DNA of 64,000 nt from an uncultured Planctomycetaceae bacterium (GTDB taxonomy: Bacteria > Planctomycetota > Planctomycetia > Planctomycetales > Planctomycetaceae): assembly GCA_963815195.1 (NCBI GenBank), contig CAWFGE010000023.1, positions 384,001 through 448,000 of the forward strand, in the 5' to 3' direction. The notes under the pieces were generated by a model. That model saw only the letters and a list, made by a program, of their open reading frames with translations. It searched no databases and was not told the origin of the DNA. Position numbers and translations under genes: made by a program. Every line of letters begins with the position of its first letter. The stretch's first letter is position 1. This document shows, in pieces, positions 22,016 through 32,539 of this stretch.

Positions 22016-23467
22016 ATGGATGCTTTAGATATGTTGGCGTGGGAAATTCAGTCGCTGCGGCTCGTGATAACCTCCTCACTGTTAGTAGGAGGGTTGATTG
22101 CCTCAAACACCCAGGCTCAAGATTTGGCAACCACAACAAGGGTGCCTCAGCCGGTTGAGCCGGCGAAGAGAGTCGGCGTTCGAGAACCAGATGACGTCTT
22201 TCGCCCATGCGCCGATGTGCCCTGTTCCGAACTCGGCGTCGAAAGGGAAACCCCACACGGTACGTGTGGGAAGAATGATCCCCATTGCACCACAACTCAA
22301 CTGACGGGCGATTGGCTCGGGTTGCGCAGCGGATTGGCGGACGAGGGATTCACCTTTAATCTTTACGGCACGCAGTTCTATCAAGGCGTCGCCGCTGGCA
22401 GTCTGGAAAAGGACTGGGAATACGGTGGGAAACTCGACTATCTGGGACTCATCAGCGGTGAAAAGCTATTCGGGTTGACCGGATTCTTTGTCAATCTGCA
22501 CGGGGAGACCCGCTTGGGAACGACCGTCAACCAGGACGATGGCTTGATCGCTCCGAGCAATATCGCCATGAATTTCCCCAAGGAAGATGGAAACCTTTCG
22601 GCTCTCACCGGGCTCAAGCTAACCCAGGCGTTGTCGGAGAATTTCGCCGTCTTCGCAGGCAAGATCAATACGCTCGACGAATATCCGTTGCGGTTCAATT
22701 CTCAGCTCGGCCTCGATCGGCCCGGCATCGGCGGTTTTATGAATACTTCGCTCGTGTTCAATCCCATCGTCGCGAGGACGATCCCTTACTCTGCTGCTTC
22801 GGTTGGGGCGGCGGTTCTAAAAGATGGCGAGCCCCTTTTCAGTTTGACGTTCATGGACCCGCAGGAACGCGCCACAATCGGGCTTGAGAATCTTTACGCT
22901 CAAGGCGTCGCGGTCGTTCCGGATTTGATCCTTCGCGGGAAGCTTTTCGGCCGGCCTTCCGGGATCAATCTGGGCGGAACGTACAGCACGGCTCAGTACC
23001 AGTCTCTCGATCCTGCCTCTTATCTCTTTGTGCCCAACTTCGGCGTGCTCGGAGCCCGGGAGAACGGATCGTGGTCGGTCTATGCCAACGGCTATCATGC
23101 CCTCTGGGTCGATCCTTCCGATGCCAAACGCAACTGGGGAATCTTTGGCCAATTTGGACTCTCGGACGGGAACCCCAACCCGATTCGATATGTGGCCAAT
23201 GGAGGTTTTGCCGGCCGAAGCATGATTCCCGGAAGAACCCTCGACACGTTTGGCGCGGCTTTCTTTTATGTCGGCCTCAGCCAAAACTTCAAAGCCCTGA
23301 CCGCCCCGATTCTTCCCCAGCAGGACGAGTACGGAGCGGAACTGTTTTACAACATCGCCGTCACGCCCGCTTGCCGATTCACGACGGATCTCCAGATCGT
23401 TGAGCCAAGCACGAAAGGCCTCGAGACCGCCATCATCCCCGGCATCCGACTCCAATTGGCTTTCTGA
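22016..23467 (+). CDS. Carbohydrate-selective porin, OprB family
   Basis: LTGDWLGLRSGLADEG, EYGAELFYNIAVTP, DLQIVEP, terminal Phe; start codon uncertain. Confidence 0.88.
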   Translation: MDALDMLAWEIQSLRLVITSSLLVGGLIASNTQAQDLATTTRVPQPVEPAKRVGVREPDDVFRPCADVPCSELGVERETPHGTCGKNDPHCTTTQLTGDWLGLRSGLADEGFTFNLYGTQFYQGVAAGSLEKDWEYGGKLDYLGLISGEKLFGLTGFFVNLHGETRLGTTVNQDDGLIAPSNIAMNFPKEDGNLSALTGLKLTQALSENFAVFAGKINTLDEYPLRFNSQLGLDRPGIGGFMNTSLVFNPIVARTIPYSAASVGAAVLKDGEPLFSLTFMDPQERATIGLENLYAQGVAVVPDLILRGKLFGRPSGINLGGTYSTAQYQSLDPASYLFVPNFGVLGARENGSWSVYANGYHALWVDPSDAKRNWGIFGQFGLSDGNPNPIRYVANGGFAGRSMIPGRTLDTFGAAFFYVGLSQNFKALTAPILPQQDEYGAELFYNIAVTPACRFTTDLQIVEPSTKGLETAIIPGIRLQLAF

Positions 23468-23489
23468 TTCTTATTAACCCCAAACGAAA

Positions 23490-24919
23490 CTAGATGTCAG
23501 TTTCGTAAATCCTTCCTCAGTTAAGCCGCCTGTCGTTTGTAGGGGCGAGGCGGGTAGAGGATTTTTTCGTAAGTTTTGGGGCGAGGGCTGAACCAGACTC
23601 GCCCGCGTTTTTGTTGGCGCCGCGTTTGGTCGAATGGCGTGCTGCGAACGAGCGGCTCGCCAGTGTAGGTCCAACGGTAGGGATGACAATAGTGCGAGTT
23701 GTAATCATTCAAGAAAGCCAAGAGCCGGTCCTCAAACTCGGCCGCCGAAGCGAAGTCTCCTCTTTTCAGGAACCGCCGGGACAAGACGCTAAACCACAAC
23801 TCCACCTGGTTCAGCCAGGAACCGTGCTTCGGCGTGAAATGGAACACGTGTTTGTGGGACGGGTCGGTCAAGAACAAACGCCTTTGGGTTCCCGTTTTCA
23901 AGTCTTTGGGAACGAACGGCACCTCGCTCAACTCGGCCACCACGCGGCAGACATCCAGGCTCCAATGCGTGTTCAGATTATCCAGCACCCAATCGAACCG
24001 CTGCATTTCGCGAAAGTGTGTGGCGACATGATCGATGTGTGCGGCGAAATCCTGGCTGGTGCGCGTTTGCCCGAGATTCCAAACGACCTCGCCGGTCGGT
24101 ACGGCGAACGAAGCGATCAAAGCCCTCGTGCCATGACGGATGTATTCGTGCTCCCGCTTCTCCGGTTTTCCCGGCTCAAGGGGCTGCGTGGGATATTTCC
24201 GCTGGAGAATCTGCATGCCGGTTTTCTCATCACTGCTGATAATCAACCGACCCTGCTGATAGAACGCGGGCGCTTGGACGTACAACTGGCCAATCTCGCG
24301 AGCGATCGCATCAAAGTCCGGATCATGGCTGTTGAGCCAGTAAACGCTCTTGTGAGGCTTGAGATCCGCCTCCTCCAAAATCCGCCAGATTGTCGAACGG
24401 CTCATGGCTTCGTGATACGCATCATTGAGAATCGTGGCCGCGATGTCATTCAGGCTCCACCGCGTGGCAGGGTTGTCGTAGTCCGCTGGTTCGCTCGTCG
24501 CGATCGTCATGACATTCAACTGGTCCTCCGGGGGAAAAAGACCGAGGCCGTCCCGGTCTCGGCAGGTCTTGGAGCCCTGCGACTCCCTGCTCCAAAAACC
24601 GCCGCCGCCAAGTGCCCACGGTCTGCCGATCGCAGCCGAACTCCGCGGCGATATCCAGATTCCTGGGACGGTCCGGCTCGGCAGCCCGCAACACCAAGCG
24701 GGCCCGAAACACCAAAGCCTGCGGCGTCGAACCGGCTCGAACCAGCTTCTCAAGTTGCTGCCGCTGTTCATCATTCAAAACAACATCCGGGGGAAATGGG
24801 GTGGGCATGGAACCTCCTTGCTCCAAAGGACAGAAACACATGCCCGTTAAATCCCGTATTCGGCCGATTTTGTCCAGACCAACTAAAACTGACTATGCAC
24901 TTACGAAACTGACATCTAG
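23490..24919 (-). mobile_element. IS630-family insertion sequence
   Basis: Perfect 19-bp inverted ends ctagatgtcagtttcgtaa (23490-23508) / ttacgaaactgacatctag (24901-24919), including the CTAG (TA) target. Confidence 0.95.
23521..24808 (-). CDS. IS630 transposase split at a T5C5 motif
   Basis: orfA HTH (RARLVL...WRRRF...LQDLPRPGRP); orfB DDE (SSDEKTG, VLDNLNTH, FTPKHGSWLNQVELWF). Confidence 0.92.
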
Positions 24920-24921
24920 GA

Positions 24922-24992
24922 TCCGGTTCTCCCCATGAACCGGGGCTACGCCCTGCGGCTAATGAATGCGACAATTATTGATCGATCGATCG
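24922..24992 (+). repeat. ~70-bp dispersed repeat containing REP family B
   Basis: tccggttc...atgaaccggggcta(g)cgccctgcggctaat...gacaattatt.atcga.cgatc also at 32836-32905; inverted core at 2560-2587. Confidence 0.8.
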
Positions 24993-25016
24993 ATCCCAAG
25001 CCGATTGGCACTCTCC

Positions 25017-25214
25017 GAATCTCATTCTCCGCTTACTGCGTGCGCGGCTCCCGTCAGAATCTCATTGTCCGCTTACTGCGTGCGCGGCTCCCGTCAGAAT
25101 CTCATTCTCCGCTTACTGCGTGCGCGGCTCCCGTCAGAATCTCATTCTCCGCTTACTGCGTGCGCGGCTCCCGTCAGAATCTCATTCTCCGCTTACTGCG
25201 TGCGCGGCTCCCGT
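25017..25214 (+). repeat. Tandem array, 5 x 40 bp
   Basis: Unit gaatctcattctccgcttactgcgtgcgcggctcccgtca starting at 25017, 25057, 25097, 25137, 25177; one substitution in unit 2. Confidence 0.97.
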
Positions 25215-27032
25215 TACGGTTGGATCGGCGCGGGGCTGGGCGGGATGATGAGCGGTTGCGGGTTAATGAGCGGTTGCGGGTTGATGGGCAGGGGGGCTCC
25301 GGGCCGGCTGATGCTGTCGAGCGCGAACAGGTTGTCCGCTTGCAAGACTTCCGCCAGATCGACGACCGCCTGCCATTGAGCCCCGAGAAGCGTCAAATAC
25401 TGGTTGATGGTTTGCCCCAACTGCTGCTGCGTGACGATCACCTGGGCGAAGTCCACGTTGTCCACCCCCTGCCGGAACCGCTGATATACCCCGCGATAAG
25501 TCTGCACCTGATCGGGCAGGATCTCGTTGCGGTAGTTATTGGTGAGCGCGCGGTTCGAAGCGTAGCGGGCGTAAATCTCCGCCAGCTGCGCGGCCAGATT
25601 GTTTTGGGCCCCGGTCAGGTTTTGCTGGGACTCCACGATCTGCGATTGGGCCGTGTAGATGTTCCCCTGGTTCTTGTTGAAGATGGGCAGGACGAACCCG
25701 ACGTTGAAGTTGTAGGTGATATCATCGAGCGGGGTCGTGTCATCGTATTGCAGAACGCCGGTGAGGTTCACGTTGGGAATCGGCGTCACCTGCTGCAAGT
25801 TCAGGTTGATCTGGCTCTTGGTGATCTGGGCCTGGGCGATCGAGAGATCCGTGTGCCGGGCCAGCATGAGTTGCAAGGCGTTTTCGTGGCTGATTTCGGG
25901 GACGGGCATTTCCGGAAAGCCGTCGAGTTCCCTCGGCGGGAATCCGGGGAGGTTCAAGACCGCCGCCAATTGCCGCCACGCGGCCACGTAATCGTTGCCT
26001 GCGAGGATGGCGGCGTTCTGGGCCTCGACCGCGAACACGCGGATTTGTAAGGGCTCGTACGGCGCGGACTCGCCGCCCGCGACCAAATCGATTTGACCCT
26101 CGTAAGTCCGCCGGAACAAGTCGGCCAGTTCGCGGGTGAACCGCAATCGTTCCTGGGCGATGAGGGCGATGAAATAATTCTTGCGGACGGCGGTGGCGAG
26201 ATCGATTTCCACCCGCCGGAGGGCGTAATTCCGATTTCACCACTTCCTGGAGTTCCACCGACCGGCTGAGCTTGAGCTTGTCCGCGGTGACGATGGTCTG
26301 GTTCGCGAAGACCCCGTGATAACCGGCCGAGGCATTCGTATTGACCGTATCCGACTCGTAGCCGGCTTCGGGGTTCGGATAGAGCCCGACCTGAATCGCT
26401 TGCCCGCGGGCTTGCTCGACCCGCGCGATGGCCGCTTGCAGCTTGGGACTGTTCGCGTAGGCCAACTCCTGGAGCTTTGCCAGGCTGATCGGCTCGCGGT
26501 TCACTTCACCAGGCGAGAAAGCAAAGTCGGGCATCTCAGGCAACGGCTTATACATTTGGCCGATTTTCGCCCGGCGCTCCTTAAACGGCGCATTGGGGTC
26601 GATTTCGGGAAGCTTCAGCGGCGGCTCCTCGGCTCCCGGAAAGACTTTCGGAATCTGAAATTGCTCCCCGGCCTTGTCGGCAGGTTTCTCCGGTGGGGCT
26701 TCCGTTTTTTTCGGTTCCAGGTTCTCGAGAAACCGTGTGACCGAAATCGGCTTTTGCTGCGATGTGGGCCGGCAGGGCGGCAGAGAATCCGGCGGCTGGA
26801 TCCCCAAACGCAGCCTAGGATCGGCCTTCTTCTCGCTCGTTTTGGCAGTTCGGGGAGCGGGCGGGTTCGTCGCCGGGGCCAGCGAGCGTTTGGCCGTGCG
26901 GGTCGGACCGGTGGGGTGCGGTTTGTCCAATTGGGGCGGCGTTTGCGCCTTCGGGAACGGTGCCTGACAGCCCAGAATCCCCAATCCCAAGGTAACCGTT
27001 AAACCAAAGGCGCACCGTCTCCGCATTTTCAT
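25214..27032 (-). CDS. TolC/CzcC-family outer-membrane efflux protein, frameshifted near 26227
   Basis: LGILGC lipobox, QAIQVGLYPNPEAGY, LPIFNKNQGNI; the frames join as SE/YALRRVEID. Confidence 0.85.
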
Positions 27033-27274
27033 TCGTTCCCCCTTCAACAATCGCCAAACAGCGCAAGACCATTTTGTCTCACGTCATCCAGGGTATCGAC
27101 TCGAACGATTGTGACGGTCAAGCCAAATCGAACAATTCCCCGGGTTGTCCGCGATCTTGGGGAGAATCCCCGACGTTCCAGACTTCGGTGATGATACTTC
27201 GGCCCCGAAGTATTCCACTCGACAAAAAGGCGAGCGGGGGGGCGTAAGCCCCCTGGTTATGTTGAGTCTTTTTT

Positions 27275-28435
27275 CTAGCGGGGCAGAAACTTGATGCACA
27301 CCGGCGAAGGCACTTCGACTTCGTGGCCCGTAGACGTAAGGGCCCCGGTGTCCTGGTTGATGCGGAAGGTTTCGATGCGGTTGGCGCTTTGGCCCTCGGC
27401 GAACACGAACTTTCCCGTGGGATCGATCGCGAAGTTCCGCGGCGTGGCGGGGCAGGGCGTTTGGCCTTTGGGCGTGAGTTTGCCCGTGTCCTGGTTGACG
27501 GCGAACACCGCAATGCTGTCGTGCCCCCGGTTCGAGCCGTACACAAACTTGCCCAAAGGATGCACATGGACATCAGCCGTGTGCGTGGTCTTCGTGTAGT
27601 CGTCGGGAATGGTCGAGACCGTTTCGATCGGCGTCAATCGGCCTTCCTCGGCATCGTACCGAAACGCGGTGATCGTGTTCGCGATCTCGTTGATCACGTA
27701 CGCATACTTGCCGTTGGGATGAAACGCAAAATGCCGGGGTCCGCTGCCCGGTTTGACGCTCACGCTGGGCGGATCGTTGGGCGTCAACTGGCCGCTCTCG
27801 GCGTCGAAGCGGTAAATCATCACCTTGTCCAACCCCAAATCCGCCACGAACGCAAACCGCCCGGCGGGATCCAGATTGACGGAGTGGGCGTGCGGCTCTT
27901 TTTGGCGCTGGGGATTGACGCTCGATCCTTCGTGCTGAATCGTGCACGACGGCGGTTTCAGCGTGCCATCCTCGGCGAGCGGCAGGACCGAAACGCTGCC
28001 TCCGCCATAGTTTGCGACGAGCACGTTCTTGCCGGTTTTGTCCACGATCAGATGGCAGGGCCCCGCGCCGCCGGAGGGTTGCTCGTTGAGCAGTTTCAGT
28101 TGGCCGGTCTTTGAGTCGATCGCAAACGCCGCGACGCCGCCGGCTTTCTGGCCGCCAAACATGTTGATTTCCGCGACGGAATACAAAAACTTCTTGTCGG
28201 GCGAGATGGCAAGGAACGAAGGATTTTTCACCCCCGAAACCGCCGCGACCCGCGAAAGCTCGCCGGTTTTGGGATTCAGTTCATAGACGTAAATTCCTTC
28301 GCCGTTTCCCTTTGTGTAAGTGCCCACATAAACGAGCGGGTCGGCGGCTTGGGCGGAGTTTTCGAGATTCTCGGTTGTGACCATCATCAACACCACTGCG
28401 GTAAGAAGCGCGGAAATCGGGCGGAAAGCGATCAT
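27275..28435 (-). CDS. pgl: Lactonase family beta-propeller (6-phosphogluconolactonase-like)
   Basis: VYVGTYT, PHAHS, ADLGLDKV, GSGPRHFAFHP, YGSNRGHDSI. Confidence 0.9.
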   Translation of the reverse strand: MIAFRPISALLTAVVLMMVTTENLENSAQAADPLVYVGTYTKGNGEGIYVYELNPKTGELSRVAAVSGVKNPSFLAISPDKKFLYSVAEINMFGGQKAGGVAAFAIDSKTGQLKLLNEQPSGGAGPCHLIVDKTGKNVLVANYGGGSVSVLPLAEDGTLKPPSCTIQHEGSSVNPQRQKEPHAHSVNLDPAGRFAFVADLGLDKVMIYRFDAESGQLTPNDPPSVSVKPGSGPRHFAFHPNGKYAYVINEIANTITAFRYDAEEGRLTPIETVSTIPDDYTKTTHTADVHVHPLGKFVYGSNRGHDSIAVFAVNQDTGKLTPKGQTPCPATPRNFAIDPTGKFVFAEGQSANRIETFRINQDTGALTSTGHEVEVPSPVCIKFLPR

Positions 28436-28532
28436 GTTCGTCCTCGGCTGGAAAAGGCCAACAAAACCAAACGCCCCACCACACTAACCGCGATCCCGAT
28501 CCATTTTCAAGTTTGCGGGTCGCGAACGAAAA

Positions 28533-29102
28533 CACGAAACCACGAAGACACGAAGAAAACAGAGGACAACTCACGTTTCGTCGCCAACGACCGGCGGTCA
28601 CGATTCCTGATTCCCATCTGAACCTAGAAAAATGGGCAACGTGGGATCTGGTTCGAGTTTTGGAAGCATTTCAGCAAGGAGGCGGTGTTCTTCGATTGAA
28701 ATAAGTCCCCACTCAAGCAATGCAGCAATGTATCCATTCCAACATGCGGAATCATAATCCGTGAAATCGCTTTTCGACATTTGGTGCTGAATGCGATCTT
28801 TCAATTCTTGGTAGGAGGGCTTTTCCATGATGTCACCTTACCTTCTCGGTATACGGGATTGACTGAATCTTCGTTAGCTCCCGGATCGGTGCTTCGTGCC
28901 TTCACGAAACCACGAAGACACGAAGAAAACAGAGGACAACTCACGTTTCGTCGCCAACGACCGGCGGTCACGATTCCTGAATGCGATCTTTCAATTCTTG
29001 GTAGGAGGGCTTTTCCATGATGTCACCTTACCTTCTCGGTATACGGGATTGACTGCATCTTCGTTAGCTCCCGGATCGGTGCTTCGTGCCTTCGTGGTTT
29101 TC
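28533..29102. mobile_element. Repeat-bounded mini-cassette in tandem (full copy plus internally deleted copy)
   Basis: 28533-28610 = 28903-28980; 28787-28903 = 28977-29093 (1 mismatch); ends aaaccacgaagacacgaag / cttcgtgccttcgtggttt are inverted. Confidence 0.7.
28598..28828 (-). CDS. Small hypothetical protein (cassette cargo)
   Basis: 76 aa, WNGYIAALLEWGLI; AAGGT RBS-like sequence upstream; visibly AT-richer than flanks. Confidence 0.7.
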   Translation of the reverse strand: MEKPSYQELKDRIQHQMSKSDFTDYDSACWNGYIAALLEWGLISIEEHRLLAEMLPKLEPDPTLPIFLGSDGNQES

Positions 29103-29242
29103 AGTTTTTGTCACTCGGGAAAACTGCTCGTGACCTGGATTGCGGTTTTTCGCTAGAATGCCGAGAGTGCCGGCGGGAACATCGCCCGGCATTTGTCTAT
29201 CGCCTGTCCGCTGTGAGTTTTCAGAAAAACGGAGTCCGAGGG

Positions 29243-31178
29243 ATGCGACGCTCCACCTGCCTTTTCGCCCCACTGTTGATTTTCGCCGGCCTCGTGTTGG
29301 GGACGGCACCCGACGCCTTCGCTGCCGACCCGCCGTCCGCGAAGCTCGCGTTGTCGTTTCGGCCCGTGCAGAAAAAATGGGTGGACTACGAAACGCCCTC
29401 CGAGGACGAGTATTCCAAATGCCAGGTCAAAGTCGAGCGGCGGGGCAAGGCGTCCGGCTGGGTGGTTTACGGACCGGAAGGGCAAGTGCTCCGGCGGTTC
29501 TCCGACACCGACGGCGACAATGTCGTCGATCAATGGCAATACTATTTCCAGGGCATCGAGGTGTACCGCGACCTCGATTCCAATAACAACAACAAGGTCG
29601 ATCAGTCCCGCTGGCTGAACACCGCAGGCACCCGCTGGGGCCTGGACGCGAACGAGGACGGCCAGATCGATTCCTGGAAAATCATCTCGCCCGAAGAAGC
29701 CGGCCGGCTCGCGGTCGAAGCGATGATTGCCGGCGACATCAAAACGCTGGAAAGCCTGCTGATTTCCCCCGGCGACATCAAAACTTTGGGCGTCGAAGAC
29801 GAGGTGGGCAAGAAGCTTTTGGGAGCCGTCGATGCTCCCGCCGCCAAGGTGCGGAAGATCACCGATGGGTCCAAGGTCCTCAATTCCCGCACCAAGTGGA
29901 TGCGGTTCGACGGCGCGAGCCCGGGCATCATCCCGCAGGATGAAGGCAAGGCATCGAGCGATTTGATCGTTTACGAGAACGCCATGGGCATCGTGGACAA
30001 CAACCAGCAAGCCGGCCTGGTGCAGTTGGGCGAGATGGTCCGCGTGGGCGATGCCTGGAAGCTCACGCAGATCCCGCAGCCGCTCGAAGGCGAGAATCCG
30101 CAAGTGGCGGCGACGGGGATTCTGATTCAACCGGCCGCGGGCTTGAACTCCCCCGTGTCCGCGGGCGTGCCCAGCGATATTTCTCCGGAAGCCCGCAAAC
30201 TCCTGGAGCAGCTGCGAACGACTCGATGCGAATGCCCCGTCTCCCGCCGACGGTGCCAAAGCGCTCGCGGATTACAACCGCAAACGGGCCGACTTGTTGG
30301 AAGATCTCGCCGGCCTCGCGCAGACCGACGCCGAACGCGAGCAGTGGACGAAGCAGCTCGTGGACGGCTTGACCGCGGCCGTGCAGACCGGGCAGTTTCC
30401 CGACGGTCTGGCCCGCCTCAAAAAGATCGAAGCCGACGAGAAGAATAAGAAAAGCGACGACGAGATGCTCGCCTACTTGGGCTTTCGCGTGCTGATGTCG
30501 CAGTATGCCACCAGTTTGCAGAAGCCCCAGCTCACCAACGAACAGCGGCAGGAACTGCAAGTCTGGTGGCTGGCGCAGCTCAAGACATTTGCGTCCACGT
30601 ATCCCTCCGCTCCGGAAACCGGCGAGGCGTTGTTCCAACTCGCGATGGCCCAAGAGTTCGCGGGCAAAACGGACGAAGCCGAGGAATGGTACGATCGGCT
30701 GGTGAAGACCCATTCGCAAACCGAAGCCGGCCAACGAGCGGCCGGGGCGCTCAAGCGAATCAACCTCCAGGGCAAAAAGCTCGATCTCTCCGGCCCGGGT
30801 TTCGGCGGAGGGACGATCGATGCCGCCAGCTATCGCGGCAAAGTGCTTTTGGTGATTTTCTGGTCCACATGGTGCAAACCCTGCACCGAGGATTTGCCGC
30901 AGATTCTCGCGCTTTATGGCCAATACAAAAGTCAGGGCTTTGAAGTCCTGGGCGTGAATCTCGACACGACGACCGACCTCGTGCAGCCTTACATCACCGA
31001 GCACAAAGTCCCCTGGCGGCACATCCACGAACCGGGCGGCTTGGACAGCGGCCCCGGCAAGTCCTTCGGGATCATTTCCCTGCCCACGATGTTCCTCGTG
31101 GACAAAACCGGCACCGTCGTCAGCCGCAGCACCTCGGTCCAGGAACTCAAAACCGAACTGCCCAAGCTCGTTAAATAA
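29243..31178 (+). CDS. Secreted TlpA/redoxin-domain protein with TPR, frameshifted near 30221
   Basis: Signal peptide, DTDGDNVVDQW, C-terminal YRGKVLLVIFWSTWCKPC thioredoxin motif. Confidence 0.85.
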
Positions 31179-31185
31179 AGACGGA

Positions 31186-31379
31186 AGGAACCACGAAACA
31201 CACGAAAAAAGTCCGCGCTGTTTCACCTCCCCAAACTTTGGGGAGGTGAAATCCATCATTGATCATCACACAAAAAGATCATCCGCCTCCACTGCCCCCC
31301 GATTCGCCGGAAGAGCCCATTTTCATTCCAATTCTCGGCGTGCTTTCCTTTCGTGTATTTGGTGTGTTTCGTGGTTCCT
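31186..31379. repeat. CACGAA-family inverted repeat with an internal hairpin
   Basis: aggaaccacgaaacacac / gtgtgtttcgtggttcct, 18-bp perfect IR; inner hairpin tttcacctccccaaa-c-tttggggaggtgaaa at 31221-31251. Confidence 0.75.
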
Positions 31380-31546
31380 GTCTTCAGATTGTCTTAATCC
31401 GTTCACTTGGAATAAATAGACAGTTCTCAATCCCATTTCGGGTCAGGCAAGATTTTCCGCTCTTCGGCGGTCAATTGGGCTTGGCCCGATTGTTATACTC
31501 ACCACGGATGTTTTTTGGGTCTTGAGATAGAACGGAACCATCGATC

Positions 31547-32503
31547 ATGCGAGTGTTAGTGACGGGCGGAGCGGGGTTTATCGGCAGCCACGTGGTGGAT
31601 CAACTCTTGGCGAACGGCCATCAGCCGGGGGTGCTCGATGATCTGACGTCGGGCCGGCGCGAGAATTTTCCCGCGGACGTTCCATTTTACCAGGTCGATG
31701 TCTGCGACGGGCCTCGGGTGGCGAAGGTGTTCGAGGAGTTTCAGCCCGAAGCCGTCTGCCATCAAGCCGCCCAGATGTCGGTGAGCCGCTCCGTCCGCGA
31801 GCCGGCTTTCGACGCCCAGGTGAATGTGCTGGGTTTGATCCACGTTCTGGACGGTGCCGCGAACTGTGGGGCGAAGCGGATGGTGTTTGCGTCTTCGGGC
31901 GGCGTTTTGTACGGCGATGCCTACGAACCGGCCGGCGAAGACACGCCCGCCAATCCGATCTCGCCCTACGGGATCAGCAAATGGGCCGGCGAACGCTATC
32001 TGCAGTTTTACGCCCGCGAGCATGGCCTCAAGACGGTGGCGCTCCGCTATTCCAACGTGTATGGGCCGCGGCAAAACCCGCACGGCGAAGCGGGCGTGGT
32101 CGCGATCTTTTGCCAGCGGCTTCTCGCCGGGCAGCCCGCGACCATCAACGGCGACGGCAAGTACATCCGCGATTACGTCTATGTGGAGGATGTGGCCCGC
32201 GCCAATTACGCCGCCCTCGCAGGCGACCGGGCGGAGCCGTTCGTGGCTGTAAACATCGGCACCGCGGCCGGCACCGACGTCAACGAGTTGGAAGCCGCCC
32301 TCAGGTCCATTTGCGAAAAAATCCGCCAGAGCCAGGGCCAAACCGAACCGGTTCCGCCGCCCACTTACCGCGAAGCCCGCGCGGGCGATCTGCGGTCGAA
32401 CCTCGTGGACCCGGCGTTCGCGAAAACGGTCCTCGATTGGGAACCCCAGGTCCCGATCAAAGCAGGCCTCGAAAAAACCGCCGCGTGGTTTGCGAAGCCG
32501 TAA
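31547..32503 (+). CDS. NAD-dependent epimerase/dehydratase (UDP-glucose 4-epimerase-like)
   Basis: VTGGAGFIGS, YGISK, LRYSNVYGPRQ. Confidence 0.93.
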   Translation: MRVLVTGGAGFIGSHVVDQLLANGHQPGVLDDLTSGRRENFPADVPFYQVDVCDGPRVAKVFEEFQPEAVCHQAAQMSVSRSVREPAFDAQVNVLGLIHVLDGAANCGAKRMVFASSGGVLYGDAYEPAGEDTPANPISPYGISKWAGERYLQFYAREHGLKTVALRYSNVYGPRQNPHGEAGVVAIFCQRLLAGQPATINGDGKYIRDYVYVEDVARANYAALAGDRAEPFVAVNIGTAAGTDVNELEAALRSICEKIRQSQGQTEPVPPPTYREARAGDLRSNLVDPAFAKTVLDWEPQVPIKAGLEKTAAWFAKP

Positions 32504-32539
32504 ACGGCCGCGGGTTCGCTAACCCGAATGATTCATTAG

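Noticed and set aside
24980..24995. (GATC)4 microsatellite as a regulatory methylation cluster
   Set aside because: Most simply a slippage expansion at the end of the family-B repeat; it lies downstream of the TolC-family gene with no supporting promoter evidence.
25017..25214. Possible CRISPR array
   Set aside because: Units are contiguous and near-identical with no unique spacers, and there are no cas genes in the window.
24935..26050. 371-aa ORF with repeated RISFSAYCVRGSR peptides
   Set aside because: Translation of the 40-bp DNA array plus the antisense of the TolC-family gene.
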